Below are positions 8,927 through 17,906 of a DNA stretch of 40,114 nt, one piece after another. Below the pieces are notes generated by a model, which searched no databases, was not told the origin of the DNA, and worked only from the letters and a program-made list of their open reading frames with translations. The stretch comes from a virus (lineage: Duplodnaviria > Caudoviricetes): the IMG/VR virus record IMGVR_UViG_3300042814_000132, positions 1 to 40,114 of that record. One strand, written 5' to 3'. The stretch's first letter is position 1. Each line of letters begins with the position of its first letter. A program made the translations under genes and the position numbers.

Positions 8927-11608
8927 CTACTGGCGAAAGGCGGCGGTGGGGCGGGCGTTGCCGGAGATAGCGACAGCAGATGGCGGCTGGCGGATCACAA
9001 GGAACGCCTGCACCACCGCATCCCCGGCGTCCGTCGAACGCTCCAACCGCTTCGCGATCTGCTCTTTGGATTCGATCTGTATCTTGCCGTTACTGGCAAC
9101 TTTCCAGTGTGGCGCGGTCAAGTCTCCCGTCAACACATCATCCGGTGGCAGCGCCACCGTTGGGCCATAGGTAGGGTCAAGACGCTCTCGCATCCCCCAC
9201 CAGACTTCGGCGCGCATATTGATGAATCCGAGCTCGCCCGTCCGGTCGGTCGCGTCGGAATGCTCGGAGGCGATGAAGGAATGAATCCGCTCGCGTTTGA
9301 ACATCTCCCGAAGACGACTGACGACGCCCGCACCGATTCCGATGCCATCCACCACCGCGTAGGCTTTCGGGTGACGATTCAGGAGTCCCGCCACTCTCCC
9401 TGCGGTCTCCATCGTCTCCTCTTTGGCCGTGTAGCGCAGGGTGTCGATGGAATCGCCGTAGCGGGGCGCTTGTACGGTCCTATCAGTACCGCTATCTGAG
9501 ACATCTACACCAACACAAGTGAGAACATCGCTACCAGGCTTGCCCGCATCTTCCCACTGACGCCAGCGGTCATTGGCGGCCTCGACCCACGCGAGGGGAA
9601 TGACGCCATCCTCATCGGATGATGCGAACTCGCCTTCGACGCGGTTCTGGTAGACCGCCGAGTCCTCGCCCCATTGCCGCTTGCGCTGCTCGGCCCACTC
9701 CGACGAGATGCGCCCTGCACCTATCGCCTCTTCTTTTGTCACCCGCCGCACATGCCAGTCCTCATAACCGGGCTTGCGCGATTGGATGTCATAGAAGCGA
9801 CCCTGCGGTTCGCCGGGCGTCGAGTTGGCGATCGCGAACGCCTCGCGCGGCGTATCCTCACCCGCGCCGGAGAACGCGCCCTCCGCCGCGTCGAAGGTCT
9901 CGGCGGGAATCGTCTTTGACTCGTCGAAGAGGTAGAGGAGCGCATCGGCGTGCGCCCCCTCGATCGTCGCCACATTGTTCGATGCGACCGCGAACGCCTC
10001 ACCCGTCGCCAGGCGGAGCGAGAGCGTGTGCAACTCGGTGCGTCCGCTATACGGCGACCGACCGATCAGGTCCCACCGGAGCGAGCGCGCCCACTTGTGC
10101 ACCTCCGGCCAGAGGAACTTGGTCAGTTGCCGCCAGGCGGAGGCGGTCGTCGGCAGCTTCCAGTCCTCGCCGTCCCGGGTGAGCGCGAACCAGTGGATCA
10201 CCCACGCGTCGAAGGCGGTGTTGTGCTCGACAAACTCGGTCAGGAATGTCTCGACGCCGGGCACCGTGATCGCCACCGTGGGCTGATTCTCAATGACGCG
10301 AAGCGATGAGACACGCTCCCATGCGAGGTGTGTTGGCAGGTTCGCGCCGCGCCACTTTTGTTGCTCTTTGACTGACCGCGACCGACACTGCGCCGCGAGT
10401 GCGTCAACCTGCGTCTCTTTGCCGAAGATGCCGACATGCTCGGTAAAGCGCAGGATGTTGGGGGCATCGTGGATCGCGACGGTATGTGCCGCCCCGAACC
10501 GTCGCTCCCCGGCGTGCGTCCACGCGGTTTTCTTTGTCCGCGTCTCTGCATGGACACCGAGACGCAAGAGCGCACGCGACGTGTCCCGTGCGAGCATCGC
10601 GCTTGTCGTCGTGAGACCGATCTCATTTCGTGCTTTGCCGCTCGTGCCGACACCGGAATGCGCCCAACCATCGCAGGCGAATAGCCGCGAGATGAACATT
10701 GCCAACTGCCGGTTGTCCAACCGCCACACCCATGCAGGGAAACACTTGTCGTGTGCTCCGACGCCGCGCATCCCCCATGCGCTCACAAGATCGCGAACCG
10801 GATTCTTGTACTTCCCCGAACCACGAATACCCTTGGTGACGATTCGATAGTCGTACCGATCTATGTACCGCAGTTCAGCACCGAGCGCATCGCAACACGC
10901 GCGAATCTCGTCCAGACTTGCGCCTTCGACTTGCGTGATCCGTAAATTGCCGCCTGTCGTGTTGCCGTCACCGATCAGGTATGCCGCGAGTTTGATCGCC
11001 TCATCGCTCATCGCCAGTGGTTCACACGTCTCGGTACCGAGATAGACCGCAACCGCTGAACCGATGGTTAGTTCGCCCGCCGCGATCCATGACCCTTCGG
11101 GCCGCAGTCGCATGCTGTATTCCGGCTTGCTGTAACGCAACGGCGTCGTATCTGCCCAGAGCGGATGATTGAGCGTCCGCGTCAGCACTCGGCCCTTATC
11201 GGTCGTGATCTCCACCACGTCGCGCGCACCGTTATCCCACGCATGAGCGCGGGCGGTGACGACCCGCAAATCCTTGTCCACCGCCAGCACGTCGAACGAC
11301 TTGCCGATCAGTTCATGGGCTTCAACTATGCTCCCGTCCGCGAGTCTCATGCCATCATTATAACATACGCACTTACCGATGCCGTGCGGGCCGCGAAACG
11401 AGATGCGCTGGTAGCGGATCAGATCGTCCAGTAGCTCGAGCTGGTAGTCGGTCGGTCCCTTCCCCTTCGGGAAATGGATGCAGTCGAGGACGAAATCGAC
11501 GGCGCTATCCCGGTACTTCTCCTGGAACTCCCGGTACGGCTCCGTCTTCGCCGTCAGTGCCGCCAGCCGTGCCGCTTCCCGCTGTTCCTCTTCCGTCCGC
11601 CGGCGCAT
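8927..11608 (-). CDS. terL: Terminase large subunit containing an intein (start uncertain)
   Basis: Walker A GPHGIGK/T split by the intein; Walker B YLFDES; nuclease GVDV and STDAGDA motifs. Confidence 0.9.
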   Translation of the reverse strand: MRRRTEEEQREAARLAALTAKTEPYREFQEKYRDSAVDFVLDCIHFPKGKGPTDYQLELLDDLIRYQRISFRGPHGIGKCVCYNDGMRLADGSIVEAHELIGKSFDVLAVDKDLRVVTARAHAWDNGARDVVEITTDKGRVLTRTLNHPLWADTTPLRYSKPEYSMRLRPEGSWIAAGELTIGSAVAVYLGTETCEPLAMSDEAIKLAAYLIGDGNTTGGNLRITQVEGASLDEIRACCDALGAELRYIDRYDYRIVTKGIRGSGKYKNPVRDLVSAWGMRGVGAHDKCFPAWVWRLDNRQLAMFISRLFACDGWAHSGVGTSGKARNEIGLTTTSAMLARDTSRALLRLGVHAETRTKKTAWTHAGERRFGAAHTVAIHDAPNILRFTEHVGIFGKETQVDALAAQCRSRSVKEQQKWRGANLPTHLAWERVSSLRVIENQPTVAITVPGVETFLTEFVEHNTAFDAWVIHWFALTRDGEDWKLPTTASAWRQLTKFLWPEVHKWARSLRWDLIGRSPYSGRTELHTLSLRLATGEAFAVASNNVATIEGAHADALLYLFDESKTIPAETFDAAEGAFSGAGEDTPREAFAIANSTPGEPQGRFYDIQSRKPGYEDWHVRRVTKEEAIGAGRISSEWAEQRKRQWGEDSAVYQNRVEGEFASSDEDGVIPLAWVEAANDRWRQWEDAGKPGSDVLTCVGVDVSDSGTDRTVQAPRYGDSIDTLRYTAKEETMETAGRVAGLLNRHPKAYAVVDGIGIGAGVVSRLREMFKRERIHSFIASEHSDATDRTGELGFINMRAEVWWGMRERLDPTYGPTVALPPDDVLTGDLTAPHWKVASNGKIQIESKEQIAKRLERSTDAGDAVVQAFLVIRQPPSAVAISGNARPTAAFRQ
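10220..11371 (-). mobile_element. Intein (384 aa) with LAGLIDADG endonuclease in the TerL P-loop
   Basis: Starts CVCYND after GK; TLNHP block B; YLIGDG and LFACDG; ends VEHN followed by T. Confidence 0.9.
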
Positions 11609-12011
11609 CCACTCCAGTTGATCCGCCTCTGGCCATAGGTGCCGAAGCCGCAAGGAAGGCGGCAAGGTCGAGCCTGACCCCCTGCGTCTCCGATTGGAGG
11701 TACTTGAGCCAGTCGAGGATGTCTTTGTCGCTCTGGACATCCTCGTCGTCCTTCACCCGCTGGGCAATGATGCGCTTGACGAGGCGGACCCGCGCGGCTC
11801 GACTACCAAGGCCGACCATAAAGGTGAGCTTGTCCACCTCAGCGGAGAAATCCGGGTGCTGCATCCACCGCGAAACGGTCTTCTCGTTAATGTCCAACGC
11901 CTCGGCGACCGCGCGCTGCGTCTGCCCATCCGCGAGGGCAATGGCGGCAAGGGTTCGCGTCTCCGTCCACTTGAACGGTTGGTGCTCCTGCGGTGCCTCA
12001 TTTTCGGACAT
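11505..12011 (-). CDS. terS: Terminase small subunit (HTH)
   Basis: TQRAVAEALDINEKTVSRWMQHPDF helix-turn-helix immediately upstream of terL. Confidence 0.75.
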   Translation of the reverse strand: MSENEAPQEHQPFKWTETRTLAAIALADGQTQRAVAEALDINEKTVSRWMQHPDFSAEVDKLTFMVGLGSRAARVRLVKRIIAQRVKDDEDVQSDKDILDWLKYLQSETQGVRLDLAAFLAASAPMARGGSTGVDAPADGRGTAGSGTAGGTDGEDGAVPGVPGEVPG

Positions 12012-12032
12012 CGTTTGGACATTCCTCAGCCG

Positions 12033-12248
12033 CTACGTGGGCAGATATTTTGCCCGAATGAGCTCCGCCAGCGTCACTTCCAGCCGTTGTCGAGCGCCGC
12101 GGCGGATCGGTTGCCTGCGCGCCTCGTAGGACGCACGTGGGGTATGCGCCCGGCGCCGCTTCGGTGTCCCCTCGGCACGCGCGATCGCGGCGGTGGCCGT
12201 GGGATCCATACGCGGGACCGTCAGCGGAGGGGCGTAAATGGCTGCCAT
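12033..12248 (-). CDS. Hypothetical protein, first gene of the late operon
   Basis: GGAG SD before ATG at 12248. Confidence 0.4.
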   Translation of the reverse strand: MAAIYAPPLTVPRMDPTATAAIARAEGTPKRRRAHTPRASYEARRQPIRRGARQRLEVTLAELIRAKYLPT

Positions 12249-12279
12249 CGATCGCTCCGTTGTGAGGACGACAGACAAC

Positions 12280-12300
12280 AAAAAAGCACCTGATTGGTGC
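12280..12300 (-). terminator. Intrinsic terminator/attenuator just downstream of the late promoter
   Basis: GCACC-AATCA-GGTGC followed by TTTTTT on the minus strand. Confidence 0.6.
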
Positions 12301-12325
12301 GCTGGTCACAGTTTCGGTTGATGAT

Positions 12326-12395
12326 AGGATAAGTTTCTTCGCCGCACATGTCAAGATTGCGCGTTTGACAAGGTATGGCGGGCGATTCTTGTCAA
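12326..12395 (-). promoter_or_regulatory. Putative late promoter with upstream inverted repeat
   Basis: TTGACA (12349-54)-17 bp-TATCCT (12326-31); IR TTGACAAG-N15-CTTGTCAA at 12365-12395. Confidence 0.6.
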
Positions 12396-12418
12396 GGGCT
12401 TTCCGAAAACACCACTTC

Positions 12419-12868
12419 CTACAACTCCCAATCCTCCAGGTCGGCCACCTGCTCTCGCATCTCATTGTACGTCTTGCGCCCTTGCTGCCCGTACCGCTCC
12501 ACCGTCTCGTCCGAGAGGTGATAGTATGCCGCTACTTCCTCCACAGTGGGGTATCGCTTCTTTGGCTCCTGCGTCGCGGGGTGCGGGCGGAAGATGCCGC
12601 GCTCGTCCTCGACCCAGCCGAGCTCGAGGGCGACGAAGACACGCCAAGTCTGCCTGGGTAGAGCACGCTTCGTGGCCGCGAGCAGATGGACCTCACGTCG
12701 GTCGTCCACGCGGTCCATCAGGTTGCGATGCACGTCCGAGATCGTCACCTTGCGATGATCCTCCTGCTCGTACTCGTGCTGCTCGACGCGCTCATTCGTG
12801 ATCGCCATCAGCCGTCGCACCATGTTGGCATCCACGCCCCTCCCGTTACCCGCCATCGCCCCCACCAT
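12419..12868 (-). CDS. Putative late-gene transcription regulator (C-terminal HTH)
   Basis: PTVEEVAAYYHLSDETVERY HTH; directly upstream of the late promoter. Confidence 0.6.
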   Translation of the reverse strand: MVGAMAGNGRGVDANMVRRLMAITNERVEQHEYEQEDHRKVTISDVHRNLMDRVDDRREVHLLAATKRALPRQTWRVFVALELGWVEDERGIFRPHPATQEPKKRYPTVEEVAAYYHLSDETVERYGQQGRKTYNEMREQVADLEDWEL

Positions 12869-12973
12869 CCTCTTCTCCCGGCTTTGGCGGCAGCGCCGCG
12901 CCCCACCGCCGTTGCTCTGGAACGGGCACCGAGCCCGCGTGCTGGAGAATGCTCTCTCGGTCAGGTTGCGGCA

Positions 12974-13252
12974 TCACTGCAATCCTTCCTGTCGCTCCAA
13001 CTCCTCCCGAAATGCGTCCGCCCGGATGCGGCGCGCCGTCTCGATCGCCATGCTGCCCTGAGGGCTCCCGGGGTCGGGCAGCGCCGCGGGTGCGGACGCG
13101 GACTCACGGCACATCGCCGTCACCGCGAGCGCCACGACGATGAGCGTCAGGGCGACGCCGAGCCGCGTGTCGAGCCGCCACGTCCGATAGAGCGCGTATC
13201 CACTCGCACCGAGGGCGACGAGCGATGCCAGGCCATGAATCCGCTTACGCAT
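12974..13252 (-). CDS. Small membrane protein
   Basis: Two hydrophobic segments; GGAGG SD. Confidence 0.6.
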   Translation of the reverse strand: MRKRIHGLASLVALGASGYALYRTWRLDTRLGVALTLIVVALAVTAMCRESASAPAALPDPGSPQGSMAIETARRIRADAFREELERQEGLQ

Positions 13253-13814
13253 GACCGATCTCCTCCCAAAGGGGCAGCGTGGGCGCATTCACCGCATCGC
13301 CGTGATCGTCCGGGAAGTTCAGGATCGCAAACTCCCCATGGATGCGTCGCGCCGCCGCGTCGTAGGCGCGAGCAGCCTCCTCGCGCGTGGTGAACGTGCC
13401 AAGCCGCACGATGCGATTGTTTACCGAGATGCTCGCCCGCCACTTCCCGCCCCTCGGAACTGACCCCACGCCGCGGAAGCCGCTCTTTGACGGCTTCTTC
13501 CGAGCATTGGCTGCGTTTTGCGTCCGATCTGCCAGACGGATGTTGCACCTGCGGTTGTCGAGCCCGTCGTGGTTCTCGTGATCCACCAGCACGCCCGGAG
13601 GCGCGCCGAGGAGAAAACGGTGCATCCGCATCGTCTGCGGCTTCGGCGATCCGGGAACGTGGAACCACGTCGCCGCATAAAACCCGCCGCATGCACTGTT
13701 GGCGGGATAGGGGCTCCACCGATATTTCGACACGCGCTCGTAGTCCTCTTCGTCAATGAGCGCAAAGAGCCCGGGATACTTGCGGCTGTGCAGGGGAATG
13801 CGGACAATGCCCAT
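13245..13814 (-). CDS. HNH-AP2 endonuclease
   Basis: [17 protein letters not shown] plus AP2 domain (FRGV...WRASI...[15 protein letters not shown]); GGAGG SD. Confidence 0.9.
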   Translation of the reverse strand: MGIVRIPLHSRKYPGLFALIDEEDYERVSKYRWSPYPANSACGGFYAATWFHVPGSPKPQTMRMHRFLLGAPPGVLVDHENHDGLDNRRCNIRLADRTQNAANARKKPSKSGFRGVGSVPRGGKWRASISVNNRIVRLGTFTTREEAARAYDAAARRIHGEFAILNFPDDHGDAVNAPTLPLWEEIGHA

Positions 13815-13914
13815 CTCAGGCCTCCTCGGAAGGTCTGGGCGCGTCCCGGACGGTTGCAGCCGTGTTACCGGGACATCGCAGCGATTTGACTGTCCCCATT
13901 GTCGCATTTTCCGC
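13803..13914. promoter_or_regulatory. HNH leader (sense -10, two hairpins, antisense -10)
   Basis: GCGGAAAATGCGACAAT on minus; GTCCCGG..CCGGGAC and CTCAGGCCT..AGGTCTGGG hairpins; GACAAT on plus at 13803-08. Confidence 0.65.
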
Positions 13915-13920
13915 TCCGCT

Positions 13921-14556
13921 TTACAAGCAGTTTGGCGCATCGCAATCGCCTAAATCCAACATCGGAGAGTTGATGCGGGCCATCCATCTGCGGATTTCCG
14001 GTACGTAGCGGGACGGCCGATATTTGATCGTCGTGCCGTCCGCGCTCTCGCAGCCGAGGCCGGCGGCATAGGCGAGGCGCTGCCATGAGTTCACCCGGCC
14101 CATGTGCAGCCACTTCCCGTGCGCCAACGCATCCGCTGCCGCCTGCCGGCCCTCGTCGCCCAGCTTGAATGCGTCGTCGCCGCCCATGAGGACCGCATCG
14201 AATGCATCCCACTCGATCGGATCGGGCTGCCAGCCGTTCTGCGCCGCGAGGGCGACCCGATAGCCCAGCGCGCGGATGCGCGGCAGCATCGATTCTGAGC
14301 GCAGCCAGGTGAAGAAGGCGCTCCCGACGACGTCCGGGGCGACGGCGAAGAGGCAGCCCGCCCGGTCGCGCCCATCGAGCCAGGTGAGGAACGCGTCATC
14401 ACCGACGTAGCGGTCACCGAAACAGCCGTTGTCGGCCGCCCACGGCATCCCCGCGGGGACGGCCTTGGATGACGCCGGCGAGAGCATCATGCCGATGCCG
14501 GGCACGTCATGGAGGCGGCGGTGCGCGGTGCCGGTGAGATACAACATCAGCGCCAT
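13921..14556 (-). CDS. DpdA/TGT-like transglycosylase (putative 7-deazaguanine DNA insertion enzyme)
   Basis: TGT-fold motifs in the expected order: ADNGCF, APDVVG, AQNG, LMGG, LHMG, SADGT; QueF-like gene nearby. Confidence 0.65.
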   Translation of the reverse strand: MALMLYLTGTAHRRLHDVPGIGMMLSPASSKAVPAGMPWAADNGCFGDRYVGDDAFLTWLDGRDRAGCLFAVAPDVVGSAFFTWLRSESMLPRIRALGYRVALAAQNGWQPDPIEWDAFDAVLMGGDDAFKLGDEGRQAAADALAHGKWLHMGRVNSWQRLAYAAGLGCESADGTTIKYRPSRYVPEIRRWMARINSPMLDLGDCDAPNCL

Positions 14557-15071
14557 GACCTCCCATGCACGATGTCGCCTATCGTCGAGGGCCAGACGCT
14601 AAACTCAGCCGCCAAGTCCTTTTCCATTTCGCCTGCCTCGCGCCGGCGTCGAATCTCCTCCACTTGCGCGCGGGTCAACTTCGCCCCTTGATTGCGCTCC
14701 CCGATAGCGCCATTCGCGCGGCCCTTCTCTTGGCAGTCGAGCCGATTGTCTGCATTCGTCCCCGTGAAGAAGTGCGCGGGGTTGACGCATTTCCGGTAGT
14801 CGCAGCGGTGGCAAACGTTCAGGCCATCCGGCACGGGGCCGTTGGCAATGTGGTAGGAAACGCGGTGTGCTAACCGGGTCGCGCGCGTGCCATCCGTCTG
14901 CGAGCCGACGATGAACATGCCGTATCCATTGGGGTTGATATACCCCGTCCACTCCCAGCAGTGACCGAGTTCGGGGCAATGCGCGGGGATCGGGCCGTCT
15001 TTGTTGACCTTCGCGAAGAAGCGCGCGAGTAGTGACGGCGTGACGGCAAAATGGGTAGACTTGGAATGCAT
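14547..15071 (-). CDS. HNH endonuclease with C-terminal HTH
   Basis: CWEWTG...GYG...AHRVSY...VCHRCD...CVNPAH...DN, then AKLT...HTH. Confidence 0.9.
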   Translation of the reverse strand: MHSKSTHFAVTPSLLARFFAKVNKDGPIPAHCPELGHCWEWTGYINPNGYGMFIVGSQTDGTRATRLAHRVSYHIANGPVPDGLNVCHRCDYRKCVNPAHFFTGTNADNRLDCQEKGRANGAIGERNQGAKLTRAQVEEIRRRREAGEMEKDLAAEFSVWPSTIGDIVHGRSWR

Positions 15072-15165
15072 CTCAGACCTCCCGTGTCTGGGTGCCACGT
15101 CGGGGGGTGCTGGTAACACCGCCCCGGCATTCGTATTTCGCTCAGCCCATTGTAGCATTTTCCGC
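15056..15165. promoter_or_regulatory. HNH leader (sense -10, two hairpins, antisense -10)
   Basis: GCGGAAAATGCTACAAT on minus; GGTG-N7-CACC stem-loop; CTCAGAC..GTCTGGG over the SD; TAGACT on plus at 15056-61. Confidence 0.7.
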
Positions 15166-15235
15166 CCCTTCTCACAAACGATTTAGGCCATTGTGACGCT
15201 CTAAAGTCACACCGTACCCGCGCCCGCCTTGCCCT

Positions 15236-15562
15236 TTACGCCAGCGCCTCGACGACGAGCACGACGCCCGCCTTCTCGTGATGCGTCACCGTCATATCGA
15301 CGAAGTTCGGCTCGCACACCGCCCACATCGCCGCCCTGAGCGCGACCGCCAGCCCTTCCGCCGTGATCGGCTCCGCCGTCAACTCCTTCACTTTGGCGGC
15401 GAACCATTCGATCGTCACGCAGGTCACGTCCGGCTCGTACGTCGCCTCGATGTCGAAGGCGCACGTGTCCTCGACGAGCGCGCACCGGCCCGGCACGGCC
15501 TGCATTTTGAGCGTCGCCTGACTGATACCCGGATTCTTAAATGTCTCGATGATTTCTGTCAT
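15236..15562 (-). CDS. QueF-like T-fold protein
   Basis: IETFKNP start, conserved Cys (GRC), YEPD..CV and AE pattern resemble QueF; the NADPH-binding QueF motif is absent. Confidence 0.6.
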   Translation of the reverse strand: MTEIIETFKNPGISQATLKMQAVPGRCALVEDTCAFDIEATYEPDVTCVTIEWFAAKVKELTAEPITAEGLAVALRAAMWAVCEPNFVDMTVTHHEKAGVVLVVEALA

Positions 15563-15572
15563 CGTTCCCCCT

Positions 15573-15629
15573 TCGGTTAACCCGATGCCGTGTACCGCAC
15601 TCCACGGTCACATGCATCGGGTCAACCGA
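15573..15629 (-). mobile_element. Hairpin mini-element copy (57 bp)
   Basis: TCGGTTGACCCGATGC-ATGTGA-CCGT.GGAGT.GCGG-TACACG-GCATCGGGTTAACCGA. Confidence 0.75.
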
Positions 15630-15630
15630 T

Positions 15631-16104
15631 TCATCGCGGCGGGTAGCCAAATGCTGCCTGCACCGGTTTCGGCTGCTCGCTCGGCGTGCCGCGGACGCGC
15701 AAGGCGCGCTCGACGTAGGTGAGCGCCCGTCCGTCGGCGATCATGTCTGTCGTCACGCGGATGACGAGCCATCCGAGAATGGCCGCCGTTGAGTGCTTTT
15801 CGCAGTCGTTCTCGACGCCCGCCCCGCGCACATGCGCCCCCTGGATCCACGTGCCGCCGTCGATGTCGATCGCGACCTTCACGCTCGGATATGCGAGGTC
15901 GTACCGCCACTGCCGCGCCGGCGCCGCGAACCGGTGTTGCCGCACTGGCTCGGACAGCCCAGCCTGGTGTATCTGGCCGAAGAGTGAGTCTTCGAGACAC
16001 GTGCAGACCCTGTGCCCACATGTCCGGCAGGGTGCCTTCGGATTGCGCGGCAACCGGTCGTGCTGCGGGGCATTCGGGATGTCGGCGAGCGAGATGCTGG
16101 GCAT
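15631..16104 (-). CDS. PD-(D/E)xK endonuclease (Vsr/DUF559-like; possible resolvase)
   Basis: QHRF...WRYDLA...VAIDIDGG...H...DCEK...LGWLVIRVT. Confidence 0.75.
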   Translation of the reverse strand: MPSISLADIPNAPQHDRLPRNPKAPCRTCGHRVCTCLEDSLFGQIHQAGLSEPVRQHRFAAPARQWRYDLAYPSVKVAIDIDGGTWIQGAHVRGAGVENDCEKHSTAAILGWLVIRVTTDMIADGRALTYVERALRVRGTPSEQPKPVQAAFGYPPR

Positions 16105-16589
16105 CAGGATTCGCCCTCCGAGAAGTTGAGTCGCGCGAACCGACCGAAATACTTGAGCGCCGCCGCGTCATATGCGCGGGCTGCTTCCTCGGCGGTGCTG
16201 AATCTGCCGAGGAAGATGAGCTTTCCGTCCACCCTGATACTCGCTTGCCACGCGCCGCTCCCCCGCTTATGCCGCGAGACCCCCTTGAAGCCGGATGTAC
16301 CGCTCCGATTCGCGCTCCTGTTGTGTCCGTTTTGTCGGGGTGTGCACACGCGCAGGTTCTCGCGACGGTCGTCGAGCGTGTTCCCGTTGCGATGGTCAAC
16401 GAACGCGCCCGGGGGATCGCCCATGAGAAAGCGGTGGAGGCGGACCGTTCGGGTGCCGTCGCGCCGTGCCGCGTACCAGTTGCCGCTGCCTTCCTTCGCA
16501 TGCCATCGATAGCAGAGCACGCGCTCCGCATCGTCCGCGTCAATGATGGCGACCTTGCCATGTGTGAGGGGTACGCATACAGTAGCCAA
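16104..16589 (-). CDS. HNH-AP2 endonuclease
   Basis: VDHRNGNTLDDRRENLR plus AP2 (FKGV...WQASI...EEAARAYD); AGGAGG SD before TTG at 16589. Confidence 0.9.
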   Translation of the reverse strand: MATVCVPLTHGKVAIIDADDAERVLCYRWHAKEGSGNWYAARRDGTRTVRLHRFLMGDPPGAFVDHRNGNTLDDRRENLRVCTPRQNGHNRSANRSGTSGFKGVSRHKRGSGAWQASIRVDGKLIFLGRFSTAEEAARAYDAAALKYFGRFARLNFSEGES

Positions 16590-16685
16590 ATCGGACCTCC
16601 TAAACAGGTTCGATGACGCCGGGCGGTGGCTCCAATCACCGTTCCGGCATTCGCTATTTATCTGCATAGATTCTACCATTTTCCG
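16578..16685. promoter_or_regulatory. HNH leader (sense -10, two hairpins, antisense -10)
   Basis: GCGGAAAATGGTAGAAT on minus; CGGTGATTGGAGCCACCG stem-loop shared with the 36.3 kb leader; TACAGT on plus at 16578-83. Confidence 0.7.
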
Positions 16686-16718
16686 CCCCGCTGTCATAGC
16701 GTTTTTCCGCATTGGGAA

Positions 16719-16808
16719 GCCGCACTTCGGGCATGGCGCTTTCGGGAGGCGCGGGCGCTTGTCCTTCGGTATCGCCTTCACGATGTCCTGCAGCGACAGG
16801 CTGACCAC
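16719..16808 (-). pseudogene. Displaced original N-terminus of the 15631-16104 nuclease
   Basis: 17/30 aa identical to that protein's first 30 residues; has its own GAGGAG SD. Confidence 0.7.
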
Positions 16809-16819
16809 GGCATCGCTCC

Positions 16820-17464
16820 TCAGACTTCCGGTTCGCTTTCGTCCGCCGTTTCGTCCTCGGTATCGTCCTCGCCCTCCGGTGCCGCCTCGTCAACTGGATC
16901 CGGTGCGGAGTAGAGCGGCAGCGGCGCCTGAGCGAATGCCTTCTGCGCCCGGCGCAGCGTGCGGTTCCACGGCCCCATCACCTCGACCGTGCGCATGAAG
17001 GTGGAGACATCCGGGGCCCGGATCTTGAACTTGTCTTTCTCCGAGTTGTATTCGATGTGGTACAGGAGATCGAACACCAGCGCGCGCATCTCCCCGGGTG
17101 TGATCTGCGCGAGACGGCAGTTATCCGCCGCGACCCAGATCGTGAACTCGGTTTCGCTGTAGTAGATCGCGATCGCCGGTGTGCGCTGGCACATGCCGAG
17201 CTGCGCGCCGCCGTCCTTCATGCCGCCCTTCATCCGCCACAGGTAGTCGATCTTCGCCATGTCGTGCCGCGGGAAATCGCCCGGGAACTCGAAGATGAGA
17301 TCCTTCGCGATCTTGGCGATCTCCGGCGCCTCGAGGAACTCCCCGCCCTCGAACTGGCTGTCGTCGGGCACCTTGAAAGGTCGCTGGAGCGCGAAGCCGT
17401 CGTCCGTCGTCGGGTTCGCGTTTGCCGTGTCAGTCTCGTCCTGGGTGATCGTGTCCACTGCCAT
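16820..17464 (-). CDS. Phage metallopeptidase-like protein, HExxH degenerate
   Basis: IDYLW...LGMC...FTIWV...ALVFDLLYH pattern. Confidence 0.6.
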   Translation of the reverse strand: MAVDTITQDETDTANANPTTDDGFALQRPFKVPDDSQFEGGEFLEAPEIAKIAKDLIFEFPGDFPRHDMAKIDYLWRMKGGMKDGGAQLGMCQRTPAIAIYYSETEFTIWVAADNCRLAQITPGEMRALVFDLLYHIEYNSEKDKFKIRAPDVSTFMRTVEVMGPWNRTLRRAQKAFAQAPLPLYSAPDPVDEAAPEGEDDTEDETADESEPEV

Positions 17465-17504
17465 CCTCTACCGCTCCCTTTCGTGCCTTCCGGCTACCGA
17501 TCTG

Positions 17505-17906
17505 CTATGCCGTTCTTACGAGCGCCCATCGCTCGCGCGCCGCCGCCACTTTCGCTTCCCAAGCGGCCACCACCGCCGGATCGCCCTTGTTCGGGCACGC
17601 CTCCCAGGCACGTGCCGTGTGCAATCGCATCACCGCCTGCTCGTCCGGAGAGGGCAAGGCGCGCAGGTGGTACGGCGTCTGTGCCTCGTCCCGCAGCGTC
17701 CGCATCTCGTCCGCGAAGCGCCGGAGCGTCCCCGGCAGCGGAAAGTGCTCCTCCTCGCGCATCGCCCGGTGCACCGTGGCGCGGTAAATGTCATCGGGCA
17801 TGTCGCTCAGGGATGTCCACCACAGGTCCTTCGTCTCCTGTGCGATCTCCTGCCGGTAGTGCACCTGCATGAGCGCCATTCCCCGTGCGTACGTCTGGGG
17901 TGCCAT
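17505..17906 (-). CDS. Putative helicase loader/inhibitor (G39P-like)
   Basis: LWWTSLSDMP...FPLPGTLR; directly downstream of the initiator. Confidence 0.55.
   Translation of the reverse strand: MAPQTYARGMALMQVHYRQEIAQETKDLWWTSLSDMPDDIYRATVHRAMREEEHFPLPGTLRRFADEMRTLRDEAQTPYHLRALPSPDEQAVMRLHTARAWEACPNKGDPAVVAAWEAKVAAARERWALVRTA

Noticed and set aside
3134-8938. Identical 12-mer CTACTGGCGAAA at two gene ends (3134 and 8927), each next to an inserted element
   Set aside because: A single 12-bp match is expected by chance in 40 kb, and the adjacent elements are unrelated.
3578-9499. Long plus-strand ORFs (432, 557, 361 and 732 aa)
   Set aside because: Antisense shadows of GC-rich structural genes; no motifs or RBS.
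14547-15250. GAGGTCATGGCG vs GAGGCGCTGGCG flanking the HNH between the QueF-like and DpdA-like genes
   Set aside because: Only 9/12 nt and explained equally well by SD/start constraints.
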